Below, one piece after another: positions 51,717-62,661 of a stretch of DNA of 64,000 bases. The translations under genes and the position numbers were made by a program. The stretch is from an uncultured delta proteobacterium (lineage in GTDB: Bacteria > Myxococcota_A > Polyangia > Polyangiales > Polyangiaceae): positions 128,001 through 192,000 of the forward strand of contig CAWKKR010000008.1 of NCBI GenBank assembly GCA_963850305.1, in the 5' to 3' direction. Each line of letters opens with the position of its first letter. Within the stretch, counting starts at the first letter, position 1. Below the pieces are notes generated by a model. That model was not told the DNA's origin. It did not search any database and worked only from the letters and a program-made list of their open reading frames with translations.

Positions 51717-52529
51717 CTATTTCGGCGTCTCGGGCGTGTAAACCACGACGGACAGATGGACCCTTCGGGCGTCCGCCGCCGGGGGCTGTTCGTCCGGCGA
51801 ACCTGTGTAGGTGGGCGCGGTCGCTTCGAAGATGATGAGCCGCGAGCGATCGATGCCGCGACTCTCCAGGAGCTTCCGCACGGCCTGCGCGCGGTCGTTC
51901 GCGAGGGAAAAGGGCTCGCCGGGCGCCGACTGGCCTTTGATCGCGACGCATTCGATGCGCGGGTTGTTGCGGATCGCGTTCGCTGCGTCGTCCGCGAGCG
52001 ACAGGACGACGGGGCTCTCCGCGACGGAGTTTTCGTCGAACTGAAACGGACCGGGGAGCGGCACGCTCGCAACGGCCGACGTGGAGACGTCCTGGTGCTC
52101 GATCTTCGCGCAGCCCGTCGCGACCTGCGGGTTGGTGGCGGCGGCGTTGGGGACGAAGTCGGGGATCGTGACGGCCATCTTGGGCGCGCACGGATCGCCG
52201 ATGGGGTTTGCCACCGCACAGTCGACGACGGGGTAGTCGTGAATGTGATTGGTCAGGTCGATCTCTTGCTCCGCCGGCGCAATCGTCTCCTTGCGAAACG
52301 GCGGAGGCGAGAATTGACCTCCGACGTTCTGCGGTTCGTACAGCGCCTCGACGACGACGTACGACTGCGGAAAGCGTTCCACCACGCGCGCCGTGCGCAC
52401 GCTGTCGAGGCGGCACTTGCCCTGCCACGATTGGTACCGGCAGCCTTCGCCGACCGACGGCCCACCGCATCCCGCGCCGCAGACCGACCCCCCCAACAAT
52501 ACCAAGGCCAGGCATCTCGTCAGTCGCAT
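51717..52529 (-). CDS. Lipoprotein with C-terminal OmpA-like domain
   Basis: Lipobox GAGC, FDENS, LANDRAQAVRKLL..RGI, ARRV. Confidence 0.75.
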   Translation of the reverse strand: MRLTRCLALVLLGGSVCGAGCGGPSVGEGCRYQSWQGKCRLDSVRTARVVERFPQSYVVVEALYEPQNVGGQFSPPPFRKETIAPAEQEIDLTNHIHDYPVVDCAVANPIGDPCAPKMAVTIPDFVPNAAATNPQVATGCAKIEHQDVSTSAVASVPLPGPFQFDENSVAESPVVLSLADDAANAIRNNPRIECVAIKGQSAPGEPFSLANDRAQAVRKLLESRGIDRSRLIIFEATAPTYTGSPDEQPPAADARRVHLSVVVYTPETPK

Positions 52530-52651
52530 GCGGTTACTCTAGCGTCGACTTCGGGAAGTCGCGACCGATTCTCGCGCTCGGACCGTGCGCGCCGAAGACC
52601 CGGAGGCCGGGGTCGTGCCATACGACTCCGCTTCGCGGTACCGTGGCGCCG

Positions 52652-53080
52652 ATGGAACTGCGCACCGAGGTAGAGATCGCGGCGGCACCGGAAGCCGTGT
52701 GGCGCGTGCTGTCCGACTTTCCCGCGTACGCCGAGTGGAACCCGTTCATCCCACAGATCGCCGGAGAGCCGTGCGTCGGCGCGCGGCTCGAGGTGGTTCT
52801 GGCCCCGCCCGGCGGCAAAGAGACGATGTTCCGCCCGAAGGTGCTCGTCGCGGAGACGCAGCGGGAGCTCCGCTGGCGGGCGCAGTTCCTGTTCCCGGGT
52901 CTGCTCGACCGCGAACATTTCTTCCGGCTCATCGAGCTCGCGCCGGCGCGAACGCGGCTCGTTCACGGCGGGGACTTCAATGGTGCCCTCGTGAAGCTCG
53001 CGACGCGCACGCTCACGAACACGGCGCGCGGCTTCGTGTTCATGAACCAGGCGCTGAAGCGCCGCGTCGAGGAGGACTAA
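52652..53080 (+). CDS. SRPBCC (polyketide cyclase-like) domain protein
   Basis: EIAAAPEAVWRVLSDF..Y.EWNPFI...MNQALKRRVE. Confidence 0.9.
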   Translation: MELRTEVEIAAAPEAVWRVLSDFPAYAEWNPFIPQIAGEPCVGARLEVVLAPPGGKETMFRPKVLVAETQRELRWRAQFLFPGLLDREHFFRLIELAPARTRLVHGGDFNGALVKLATRTLTNTARGFVFMNQALKRRVEED

Positions 53081-53087
53081 ACTAAAA

Positions 53088-53747
53088 CTAAGCAGGGGGG
53101 GCCTTGGCAGCCTTGGCCCCCCGCTCGCTGGTGAGCGCGCCACGAAGCTGCTCGACGATGCGCGCAACCTCCGCGTGACGCAGCTTGAACAGCGACCGAT
53201 TCGCGACGACGACGCTCGAGATGTCGCAGATCGTCTCGTGCTCGACGAGGCCGTTTTCTTCGAGCGTCGAGCCCGTCTCGACGAGGTCGACGATGCGATC
53301 CGCGAGCCCGACGATCGGCGCGAGCTCGACCGAACCTTGGACGAAGATCACTTCCGCCTGCACGCCCTGCGACGCGAAGTGCTCGGTCGCGATGCGGGTG
53401 TATTTCGTCGCGATGCGGGGCACGGCCGGTAGCACCGTTCCGGGCAATCCCGCTACGACCATGCGGCACCGTCCGATGCCCAGATCGAGTGGTTGATAGA
53501 GGTCGTACCGCCGCTCGAGGAGCACGTCGCGCCCGACGATGCCGAGATCTGCCGCGCCGTACTCGACGTACGTCGGCACGTCGTCGGGCTTGAGGAGCAA
53601 GAATCGCAGACTGCCGTCCTCCGTCTCGCGAATGAGCTTTCGATCGTCGTCGAGGAGCCGCGACGCTTCGAACCCCGCGCGATCGAGCAGGGGCACCAGC
53701 TGCTTTTGCACGCGACCCTTGGGGATGGCGATGGTGAGGGGTCTCAT
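53088..53747 (-). CDS. hisG: ATP phosphoribosyltransferase (short form)
   Basis: IAIPKGR, DVPTYVEYGAADLGIVG.DVL, IATKY, GSVELAP, DLVETGSTL..NGL. Confidence 0.97.
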   Translation of the reverse strand: MRPLTIAIPKGRVQKQLVPLLDRAGFEASRLLDDDRKLIRETEDGSLRFLLLKPDDVPTYVEYGAADLGIVGRDVLLERRYDLYQPLDLGIGRCRMVVAGLPGTVLPAVPRIATKYTRIATEHFASQGVQAEVIFVQGSVELAPIVGLADRIVDLVETGSTLEENGLVEHETICDISSVVVANRSLFKLRHAEVARIVEQLRGALTSERGAKAAKAPPA

Positions 53748-53797
53748 ACCGACGCCACGAATACCCGAACGTTCGCCACGGGGATACGGCGAAGCGC

Positions 53798-53882
53798 CCG
53801 AACACCCTCGAACACCGTCGAATGGCTCCGGGCGGTCCTCGAATGATGATCGAACGATGATCGGTCTCACCTCGAACGATGA
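53798..53882. promoter_or_regulatory. Helically phased direct repeats in the divergent hisG / Tos1-like intergenic region
   Basis: TCGAA(T/C)GATGA at 53839, 53850 and 53872. (C/T)CGAACACC at 53798 and 53808. Confidence 0.4.
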
Positions 53883-53941
53883 CCGTTCGCGTGGCGGAAG
53901 AATTCCGTCACAAAAAGCCGGTCGCGTCACCTTCGGCTAAC

Positions 53942-55246
53942 ATGGCGCGGATGGACGGCTCGGCGCGACGTTGTGCCTTCGTGTTCTCGATTGCGGCGTT
54001 CGTGGCCTGCGGCGCAGGGACGCGGACCCAGGGTTCGTCGGATGGCGGGAGCGCGGGCGGTCACACGAACGGCGGGCGAGACTCGGGCACGAGCGGCGGC
54101 GCGACGAACGCGCGCGACGCGTCGTCGGGGGGATTCGCCGCGACGGGGAGCGGCGGCGCGGGGGGCGCAGCGCCTTCGGAGGGTGGAGGCGCCGGTGCCA
54201 GCAACAGCACGGCGGACGCCGGCGTGCCTCGGGCCTGCGCGGCGAGCGACGAAGGCAACGTCGCACTCGGCACCGACGTCTTCGTTCCGAACACTGGCAA
54301 GCAAGAGGTGAGCGCCCTCACCTACACCGATGTTGGCGCCTCGGGGGCTTACGACCAGGTCGTCACGGGCTGGTCCAAGGCGACGGGATGCGTGGCCGAC
54401 ACCGACGGCACTCTGTGCAACACCGTGTACCGGCAACCCAAGCAAGTGAGCGGCGCGCTCGCGCCGTTCGACGAGGAGATGAGCCTCGTGTTCGGAGGGC
54501 CCGTCGAGCTCTATCAAGTCGCGGTCTACAGCCCGACCGCGAGCGGCTGGGAACGCCAGGCATACTGGGACCGATGCGTGACCGATGGCCTCGTGTTCGC
54601 GGGAAACAAGTCCTGGTACGAGTGCGGCGGGTTCGTCGAGAGCTACGTCACCGCCGACGGCACCGCGGAGAGTGACGTCCCGGTGCAGTTCTCGGGGAGC
54701 ATCGCCGCCGGCACCGAGGTGAACGTCATGTCGAGCGCGCTCTGCTCGGGCTCGACCGCGGCCAGCGACTGCGGCTGGAGCTCGGGCCTCCCGCTTCACG
54801 GGTTCAAGGGCGACGCCGCCGGCAGCAAGATGTTCGCGACCAAGTTTCGCATGCCACTCGGGTCGAAGACACCCGCGTACTGGATCCTGCCGGCACAGGT
54901 CATCCGCAGCTCGCAGTACGGGTGCAACTGCCGCGGCGAAGGCTCGGACCCGACTTACAAGGGCGGGTGCGGCGAGCTGGACGTCGCGGAGATCCTCGGC
55001 GGCGTCACCACGTCGGTCGAAGCGACGACCACGCTGTACTCGTTTCAAAACATCACGGGCGGCGGCTCGGTCGCGTTCGAACGTCCCGTGGACGAGTCCG
55101 CAGTCTTTCTGGTGATCTTCGACGCTCCGTCGCGACAGATCGCGATCCGGCGCCTCGGACCGTCCGACTTCGACTTTGCCGCGACGGAGCCGTCCGCGCG
55201 GATTGCCGCGTTCCTCGCCGCGGCGAGCACGATCCGCGCGCTGTAG
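53942..55246 (+). CDS. Lipoprotein with fungal Tos1/Pga52-like (DUF2403 + DUF2401) glucanase-like domain
   Basis: GALAPFDEEMSLVFGGP, KMFATKFRMP, PAYWIL.AQVIRSSQYGCNC, GCGELDVAEIL (ExDxxE). Confidence 0.75.
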   Translation: MARMDGSARRCAFVFSIAAFVACGAGTRTQGSSDGGSAGGHTNGGRDSGTSGGATNARDASSGGFAATGSGGAGGAAPSEGGGAGASNSTADAGVPRACAASDEGNVALGTDVFVPNTGKQEVSALTYTDVGASGAYDQVVTGWSKATGCVADTDGTLCNTVYRQPKQVSGALAPFDEEMSLVFGGPVELYQVAVYSPTASGWERQAYWDRCVTDGLVFAGNKSWYECGGFVESYVTADGTAESDVPVQFSGSIAAGTEVNVMSSALCSGSTAASDCGWSSGLPLHGFKGDAAGSKMFATKFRMPLGSKTPAYWILPAQVIRSSQYGCNCRGEGSDPTYKGGCGELDVAEILGGVTTSVEATTTLYSFQNITGGGSVAFERPVDESAVFLVIFDAPSRQIAIRRLGPSDFDFAATEPSARIAAFLAAASTIRAL

Positions 55247-55262
55247 AGTGAGAGCTTGGCGT

Positions 55263-56531
55263 TCAGCCGTCTTCCGTCAGCTGGATCCGCGCGATGTCGG
55301 CACCCACCGCCGCCAGCTTTCTCTCGATGCGCTCGTAACCCCGATCGAGATGGTAAACGCGACGCACGATGGTTTCGCCATCGGCGACGAGGCCCGCGAT
55401 GACGAGGGAGGCGCTCGCGCGGAGATCGGTCGCCATGACGCTCGCGCCCTCGAGCGCCTTCACGCCGCGGACGATCGCGGCGTTGTTGCGGATCTCGATG
55501 TCGGCGCCCATGCGAATGAGCTCGGGCACGTGCATGAACCGATTCTCGAAGATGGTCTCCGTGAGCACGCTCGTCCCCGGCGCGATTGTCGTGAGCGCCA
55601 TCAGCTGCGCTTGCATGTCGGTCGGGAACCCGGGGTGCGGCGCGGTGGTCGCGTCCACCGCGCGGAGCGGCGCGTGCCGGGACACGACGGTGCCCGCGCC
55701 GTCGCGCTCGATCTCGACGCCCGCCTGGCGGAGCTTCACGATGACCGGCTCGAGGTCCTCCGCAGGCACGTCTCCGAGCACGACGGTGCCGCCAGTGGCA
55801 CCCACGGCGGCGAGAAACGTCCCGGCTTCGATGCGATCGGCGATGATGGCGTGATCGAACGGGTCGAGCGCGTCGCGGCCCTCGATGCGGATCACGGACG
55901 TGCCCGCCCCGTCGACGCGCGCGCCCATCTTGTTCAGCACGCGCCCGAGCTCTTCCACCTCCGGCTCGCGTGCGGAGTTGACGAGGGTCGTGCGGCCCTT
56001 CGCGAGGGCGGCGGCCATCATCAGATTCTCGGTTCCGGTCACGGTGGGCAGATCAAAGACGATCTCGGCGCCGCGAAGCCGCTGAGCCTCGGCGACGATG
56101 TAGCCGTGCTCGACGTGGATCTTCGCGCCCAGCGCCTCGAGTCCCTTCAGGTGCTGATCGACCGGGCGCGCGCCGATGGCGCACCCTCCCGGCAGCGAGA
56201 CCTTCGCGCGCCCGTACCGCGCGAGGAGCGGGCCCAGCACGAGCACGCTCGCGCGCATCTGCCGCACGAGCTCGTACGGCGCCTCGGGCCGTCCCGGGCC
56301 CGTCGCCTCCGCCAATCGTACCTCGGGGATGTCCACGTGGACGTCGCGTCCGAGAAAGCGCAGGAGCGCGGCCGTCGTGTCGATGTCGCGCAGGCCCGGC
56401 ACGTTTCGAAGGCGGCTCGCGCCGTCCGAGAGCAACGTTGCGCAGAGGATCGGCAGGGCCGCGTTCTTGGCACCGCCCACGTGAATCCGTCCGTTCAGCG
56501 GCTTGCCACCACGCACTCGAATCGCGTCCAC
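55263..56531 (-). CDS. murA: UDP-N-acetylglucosamine 1-carboxyvinyltransferase
   Basis: [48 protein letters not shown]. Confidence 0.98.
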   Translation of the reverse strand: MDAIRVRGGKPLNGRIHVGGAKNAALPILCATLLSDGASRLRNVPGLRDIDTTAALLRFLGRDVHVDIPEVRLAEATGPGRPEAPYELVRQMRASVLVLGPLLARYGRAKVSLPGGCAIGARPVDQHLKGLEALGAKIHVEHGYIVAEAQRLRGAEIVFDLPTVTGTENLMMAAALAKGRTTLVNSAREPEVEELGRVLNKMGARVDGAGTSVIRIEGRDALDPFDHAIIADRIEAGTFLAAVGATGGTVVLGDVPAEDLEPVIVKLRQAGVEIERDGAGTVVSRHAPLRAVDATTAPHPGFPTDMQAQLMALTTIAPGTSVLTETIFENRFMHVPELIRMGADIEIRNNAAIVRGVKALEGASVMATDLRASASLVIAGLVADGETIVRRVYHLDRGYERIERKLAAVGADIARIQLTEDG

Positions 56532-56594
56532 CCCGCAACTTGACCATATTTCGCGGCTGATTGCTGCTCCCGCGCGGACGAGCCCACCGAATAA

Positions 56595-58013
56595 TCAGCG
56601 CCTTCTGCGCGAGGGCCAGTCGGGGTGCGCCGGTCGCTCCCGCTCGAACGCGCGCGCGGCCTGGAACAAGAGATCTTCGCGATGATGCGGTGCGACGAGC
56701 TGCAGCCCGACGGGGAGCCCCGCACGCGTGAAGCCGGCGCGCACCGTCGCGGCAGGGTTCCACGACAGGTTGAACGGGATCGTGAACGCGGCGACAGAAG
56801 CCGTGATCTGCGCGCGTCCCTCGGTCTCGCTCGGGAGCGGCCCCTTCGCGGGCGGAGGATCGTACGGGACCGTCGGCGTCACGAGCAGATCGTATTCGTC
56901 GAGGATCGAGCGGCACCAGTTCACGAGCTCGACGCGCTTCCGGGCAATGCCGCCCATGATGCGCGGATTCATCGCCTCGACGAACCTGATCGTGTCGAGG
57001 AGAGCGCGGCCGAACTCCGCGTCGTGCTCCGGGCGCAAGGGAGCGATGAATCCCCCGGTCTGCGCCGCCATCAACAGGCCCCAGTCGCCGTTCATCTCGG
57101 GCGGCCCGCCGCGGATGGCGTGAATCGAGTGCCCGAGCCTCTCGAGCTCTCGAACGCCGTCTTCGACCACGGCGGCGACGTCGGATTGCACGACCGCGTA
57201 TCCGAGATCGGGCGAGTACGCGATGCGGAGCTTGCGATCGAGCGGCCGGCGCGCGGCGTCGAGATACGACGCGCCCGGGCGCGGCAAGCTCGTCGGATCG
57301 GACGCATCGTACCCCGCGACGACGTCGAGGAAGAGCGCGCCGTCCTCCACGGTCTTCGCGATCGGCCCGTATGCGACGGTCGCCGAGTGATCCCATTCTG
57401 CGAGCGGACCGCGCGGCACGCGCCCGAACGACGGCTTCAAGCCGAACGCGCCGACGAATGTCGCCGGGATCCGGATCGAGCCGCCGGCGTCGCTCGCGGT
57501 GATGAGCGGGAGCATCTCGCCGGCGAGCGCCGCGGCGGAACCGCCGCTCGAGCCGCCGGGAGTGCGCTCGAGATCCCACGGCGAGCGAGTCACGCCGAAC
57601 ACGAGATTCCTGGTGATGGCCGCGCTGCCGAACTCCGGCACGTTCGTCTTGCCGTACACGATCGCGCCGGCCGCCCTGAGCCGCGCCACCTGAGTCGAGT
57701 CCACGGTCGCGAGCGCGTCTCGAAACGGCTTCGACCCGTGCGTGGTCACGAGTCCCGCGGCGTCTTCGAGGTCCTTGACGCCGAAGGGGATGCCTTCGAG
57801 CGGGCGAGCGCGCCCTTCCGAGATCCGCGCTTCGCTGACCCGGGCATCGGCGACGAGCGCCGTGCGATCTCGCTCGACGACGATCGCGTTCAACTCGGGA
57901 TTCCGCGCGTCGACCGCAGCGAATACTTCGTGCATGAGCTCGACAGGAGATGCACGCTTCGCGCGAAGCGTCTCCGCGAGCTCGAGGAGCGTGAGAGACA
58001 GGAGATCCGCCAT
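56595..58013 (-). CDS. Amidase-signature family protein
   Basis: GVKDL, GKTNVPEFG, GGSSGGS, SDAGGSIRIPA. Confidence 0.95.
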   Translation of the reverse strand: MADLLSLTLLELAETLRAKRASPVELMHEVFAAVDARNPELNAIVVERDRTALVADARVSEARISEGRARPLEGIPFGVKDLEDAAGLVTTHGSKPFRDALATVDSTQVARLRAAGAIVYGKTNVPEFGSAAITRNLVFGVTRSPWDLERTPGGSSGGSAAALAGEMLPLITASDAGGSIRIPATFVGAFGLKPSFGRVPRGPLAEWDHSATVAYGPIAKTVEDGALFLDVVAGYDASDPTSLPRPGASYLDAARRPLDRKLRIAYSPDLGYAVVQSDVAAVVEDGVRELERLGHSIHAIRGGPPEMNGDWGLLMAAQTGGFIAPLRPEHDAEFGRALLDTIRFVEAMNPRIMGGIARKRVELVNWCRSILDEYDLLVTPTVPYDPPPAKGPLPSETEGRAQITASVAAFTIPFNLSWNPAATVRAGFTRAGLPVGLQLVAPHHREDLLFQAARAFERERPAHPDWPSRRRR

Positions 58014-58108
58014 CGGTGCCGGGAGGATACACGAGCTCGAGGGCGTCCACGGTGCCGGGGCGTGGCCTCCCCACCGGAGCGCCCAAGACTTCTCGTCAGC
58101 GCTTCACG

Positions 58109-59262
58109 CTAGGCGCGCCCGGGCTCCACGGCCGGCACGGAGGGTGCCGGATGCGTGGGCCGGACTGGGAACCAGCGGTCCTTGAGCGCCAGGAACCTGG
58201 CCTCGAACAGGTGAAACGACAGGCTCGCGGCGGCGATCGTCGCGACCAGCTGAACGACCATTCTCGTTCCGAGAAGCTGGTGTGGCATCGCCTTTTCGAG
58301 GAGAGACTGGAACGGATAGTGAAAGAGATAGAAGCCGTAGGAGATCTTCCCGAGATACCGGAGCGGGGACAGGTCGAAGAACCAGGCTCCCAGCCGTCGC
58401 TGCACCAGGCAAACGATTGCGAACGCGCTCAGAACGTTCAGGAGTGTGTAACCCCAGATGAATTCATGGCGAGACCGAAGACCCAGTGGATACCCGAAGC
58501 TGTTCTCCACGAGGTCCGGCGCGTGAGGGAGATGCGAAACCGCGATCCCGCCGATCACCACGGCCAGCAGCGTCAGCACGAATCCCAGCCTCGCGCGGCG
58601 CGGCGGAAACAGCGACACGAGCCCGCCGACGGCAAAAGCGTCCAGGTGGGTTGGCGTCGCGGCATACAGAGCCACCTCGCGCTCGGGGAGAAAGACGTGG
58701 GGAAAGTGGTTCAGCACGATCCACTCCATCCCGCGAATCGCTGGCCCGGCAAGGACGATGGCCGACAGCACCAGCTTGATGCGACGTGGGGGACAGAGAA
58801 GATCAGACACGGCCAGATCAGATAGAACTGTTCCTCGACGCACAGCGACCAGAAGTGGGAGATCAGCCTCGAGTGCTCGAAGCCGGCCGTCGTGTGATAC
58901 CAATTGTAAGTGTAGGTGTAAGCGAACGGCAGACCTGCCCGCAGGCCATGCATCTCCAACCCGAGTCTGGACGCCGTCCAGAACAAGGTGAGAATCGCGA
59001 AGTAGACGGGAAAGATCCTCAGGCTGCGCCGGCCGTAAAACTCCCGCACGTACTGCCCGAAGGGGACGCCCTTGGCCCTGTAGAGCAACCCGGTGATCAG
59101 GTACCCGGACAGAACGAAGAAGATCTGGACGCCGATCCAGCCGCAGCCGAGAAGGGTGTCGTGGAACAGGAACACCAGCAACACCGCGATCGCCCGCAAT
59201 CCATCGAGCCCCGAGAGCCTCCCGGTCGCCGCCGCGCCTCGCGAATGATGTGTGGATTCCAT
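58109..59262 (-). CDS. Acyltransferase-3 (OafA-like) membrane O-acyltransferase (frameshift near 58790)
   Basis: LDGLRAIA, GVQIFFVLSGYLI, RR.LRIFP, WSLCVEEQFY. Second frame has GKISYGFYLFH and FE..FL.LK. Confidence 0.88.
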
Positions 59263-59361
59263 GGCACCGGTGCGCGTCGGGCGGGTGGACAACGGCGTCG
59301 AATCGGAACCCGACCCGATGGATTGTCGACGTTTATCACGACGTAGGCGGCGAAGGGGGCA

Positions 59362-59679
59362 TCAATTCAGGAGAGGAAGCCTGAACCAGAGCGATCGCTT
59401 GCTGCCGCATTTTCGACATCGGAGGCGTGCTTCACGCAGCCTCGTGCCGTCGCGAGTGACGGCCGCGTGTTCGTCGATGGCGTGCTCGGCGCCGCATCTC
59501 GGACAAGAGACGGCGCGCGCCCGGAGCTCGATGACGCTCGCGGCTTCGACGTCGAGGGGGCGCTCGGGGCTCCCGCCAGGCTCGCGTGCGAACAGTCGCT
59601 CGCGGTCCCGGGCGAGCTTGTCGACGTCCCGCGCGGCTTCGCGACGGAGGGTCCGCTCGCGCTTCGGCTTCCGCGCCAT
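59362..59679 (-). CDS. Small Zn-ribbon protein
   Basis: CPRC and CRKC pairs. Starts 1 nt after the upstream stop. Confidence 0.7.
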   Translation of the reverse strand: MARKPKRERTLRREAARDVDKLARDRERLFAREPGGSPERPLDVEAASVIELRARAVSCPRCGAEHAIDEHAAVTRDGTRLREARLRCRKCGSKRSLWFRLPLLN

Positions 59680-59680
59680 G

Positions 59681-60770
59681 CTAGAGCTTGTCGGTCCGCC
59701 CGCGACGCTCGAGCTCCTCCACGAGCTTGCGCACGTCCTGCGAGCGATCCCGCGGGACGATGAGCGTCGCGTCGTCCGTCTCGACGATGCAGAGGTCTTT
59801 CACGCCGAGGAGGGCCACGACCCGGCCGCCCTTCGACCCGAGAATCACGGACGAGATTGCCGCTCGCCTCGACGAATACGGCGCCCTCCCCGACGTTGCC
59901 CGCAGCGTCCTTTTGTCCGAGCTCCCACGCGGCTTGCCAGCTCCCGACGTCGCTCCAGCCGAACTCCGCGGGCACGACGTGGATGAGCGGCAGCTTCTCC
60001 ATTATGCCGTAGTCGATGCTGATGTTCGGCAGCGAGGGGAAGACCGCACGCGTCTCGGCGTCTTCCGCCTCGGGGCCGCGCAGGGAGGCGGCTTCGATCC
60101 GGTCGAGTCCGCTCGCGAGGGCCGGCAGATGAACGCCGATCGCGTCGCGGAGAGCGCTCGCGCGGTAGAAGAACATCCCGCTGTTCCAGAAATGCCGGCC
60201 GCTCTTCGCGTACTCCTCGGCGCGCTGCAGATCCGGCTTCTCGACGAACCTGACGGCTCGCCGAACGCCATCGCCGATCGCATCGCTCGCTTCGATGTGG
60301 CCGAAGCCGGTCTCGGGCCGGTCCGGGCGGATCCCGATCGTCGTGATCGGGCCGGCCGCGGCGGACTCGACCGCGCGCTCGACGGCCGCGCGGAACGCGT
60401 CCTCGTGCTTCACGTGATGATCGCTGGGCAGGGCGACGACGACGGCGTCCGCGTCGTCGCGCGCGAGGATCGCGGTTCCCCAGCCGAGACACGGCGCGGT
60501 ATTTCGCGCGACCGGCTCGGCGATCACGCGGACGCCGGGATAGGCGCTCACCGCGGCGCGCGTGACGGCGAGCAATCGCTCGCCCGTCACGACGAGGATC
60601 CGCTCCGCCGGACAGAGCGGCAACATGCGCTGAATCGTGGACTCGAGCAGACTTCGGTCGGCGCCGGGTGCGAGCGGGAGGAGCTGCTTCGGCAGCGAAC
60701 GCCGGGACGCGGGCCAGAAGCGCGTTCCGCTGCCGCCCGCCATGATCAGCGTATGAAGGTGAGTCCTCAT
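59681..60770 (-). CDS. manC: Mannose-1-phosphate guanylyltransferase (frameshift near 59830)
   Basis: IMAGGSGTRFWP.SR...PKQ, EP.ARNTA, FVEKP, WNSGMF, SIDYGIME, WSDVGSW. Tail VALLGVKDL.IV..QDVR is in another frame. Confidence 0.92.
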
Positions 60771-60805
60771 GAGCGGCAGGTCCAAGGCGAATAGCACGAG
60801 CGCGG

Positions 60806-61603
60806 TCAGGCCGGCCAGGCCCAGGCGAGCGCCATCGTCGCGAACGCGAGCGGCACGACCCAGAACGCGAACAGCGAGAAGGAGCCGCGGACGACGGCGC
60901 GGCGCAACAGGACGATGGCGACCGTCGCCGCGGCGAACGCCCCTCCGGCGGCGACGAGCGCGACGGGCACGTCGGCAAGATCGAAGCCGCGGCGAGCGGC
61001 GCCGAGCGTGAGGAACAGGTCCATGGGTATCCCGAGCATGACCGACAGCTCGAAGGCGCGGACGGGACGAACCCCGAAGAGCAGAGAGAGCCCGACCGTG
61101 AACGCCGTCCGCGAAAGCCCGGGGAGCACGGCCGCGCCCTGCGCCGCGCCGAGGATCAGCGTCTGAGGGAAGGAGGGGCGGTCGCGCACGCTCGGACGGC
61201 TCGCACCAGATGCCGCGAGCAACGCGCCGGTGACGAGAAATCCGAACGCGACCGCGCTCGGCGACGCGGACCAGCGCACCGCCGTGTCGTGGACGAGCAC
61301 GGCGAACGCGATGCTCGGCCCCGCGCCGGTGACGACGAAGAGCGCGTCCCCGGCCGCGTCGCCGAGCGGGCTACCCCCGGCCGTGCCGAACGCGTCCCGG
61401 ATCGCATCCCCGAGCGGGCGGCGAAGGACGAAACACGCCGCGGCGAGCGTCCCGGCGGCGAGCATCGCGTGCGCCGCGGGGGGCACCTCGATGTGGAACA
61501 GGAACTCCGCCAGCGCGGCGTGGCCGCTTCGCGAGACCGGCAGAAAATCCGTCAGGCCCTGGATGGTGCCGAGCGCGAACGCGTTCCCGTACGGTGTGGT
61601 CAC
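60806..61603 (-). CDS. uppP: Undecaprenyl-diphosphate phosphatase (divergent)
   Basis: GTIQGLTDFLPVSRSGH, QG.AVLPGLSR, AFELS. Confidence 0.85.
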   Translation of the reverse strand: MTTPYGNAFALGTIQGLTDFLPVSRSGHAALAEFLFHIEVPPAAHAMLAAGTLAAACFVLRRPLGDAIRDAFGTAGGSPLGDAAGDALFVVTGAGPSIAFAVLVHDTAVRWSASPSAVAFGFLVTGALLAASGASRPSVRDRPSFPQTLILGAAQGAAVLPGLSRTAFTVGLSLLFGVRPVRAFELSVMLGIPMDLFLTLGAARRGFDLADVPVALVAAGGAFAAATVAIVLLRRAVVRGSFSLFAFWVVPLAFATMALAWAWPA

Positions 61604-61621
61604 TCGGTTCTGGCGCTCGGC

Positions 61622-62005
61622 TCAGTGCAGCGTGTGGTCCGTCACCATGTTCGGCGGGGGCACGGATTCATCCATGTCCTCGAATGACTCTTCCACGGCC
61701 TGCGCGATGATGCGGGCCACCTCGGCGTCCATCTCGCCGATCCGGGTGAGGTGCCACATCTTGACGTTCGCAGCGACGGCGTGGACCGGCTCCCACGGGA
61801 GCTCGGGAGCGCCGTCGAGGCGCCGGGCGATCCACGCCGGAACCACGGTGAGCCCGAGCGCGGCCAGCAACCAGCTCATGCGGCGTGACACGAGGCCCAC
61901 GGCGAGGCATCCGAGGCCCGCGGTCATCGTGGTGAAATGGAGTCGTCGGAGGGCGGAACTCGCGTGCGCGCGGACGAACAGGGTCCAGTACTCGGGGAAG
62001 TCCAT
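61622..62005 (-). CDS. DUF962/Mpo1-like membrane protein
   Basis: F.EYW..FVRAH....RRLH followed by two TM helices. Confidence 0.6.
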   Translation of the reverse strand: MDFPEYWTLFVRAHASSALRRLHFTTMTAGLGCLAVGLVSRRMSWLLAALGLTVVPAWIARRLDGAPELPWEPVHAVAANVKMWHLTRIGEMDAEVARIIAQAVEESFEDMDESVPPPNMVTDHTLH

Positions 62006-62093
62006 GAGCCTCAATCCTTGCACGAAAGGGTCCGCGCTTCGAGCACGCGCGGACCGGTCCCTCCCCTCGGGCGCGCGCGGCTCGCGACGATTC

Positions 62094-62661
62094 TCAGGAT
62101 TTCTCGAGTGCCCTGTCGATGAGCGCTTCGAGCTCGTCCTCGTGCGCCATGCGGGGCCGGACGGCCGTGACGACTCCCGCGCGGTCGACGACGACGAGCG
62201 TCGGCAACTGCCGGACGAGGTACGCGCCCGACGTCTGGTCGCCGTCGTCGAAGAGGGTCGCGTACGAAAGCTTCTCGCCGGTCGCAAACGCGGCCGCGGG
62301 GGCCCACTCGTCGCCGCTCGTGGCGATCCCGAGCACCACGACATCCTTGCCGGCGTAATGGCGGGCCACCTTGTCGACGATGGGCGTCTCCGCACGACAC
62401 GGACCGCACCAGCTCGCCCAGAAATCGATCAGGACGACCTTGTGCTTCAGAATCGTCGAGAGACACGCGACTGCCGGGGTCGCCGCCGGTCAACACGGGC
62501 AAGGTGAAGCGAGGCGCGGGCCCTCCCACGAGCTGCGAGCGGGGCGGAGTGAGCGTCGGGAGAACCGTGAGTCCCAAGATCACGCCGAGCGCGAGGACGG
62601 CGCCGGTGATGAACGTCCCTTGGTTGGGGCGCGGGATGCGACGGGACTGCGGCTCGGTCAC
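62094..62661 (-). CDS. TlpA/ResA-like thiol-disulfide oxidoreductase (frameshift near 62450)
   Basis: TM anchor and APRFTLP, then in another frame VVLIDFWASWCGPC and LPT.VVVD..G. Confidence 0.85.
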
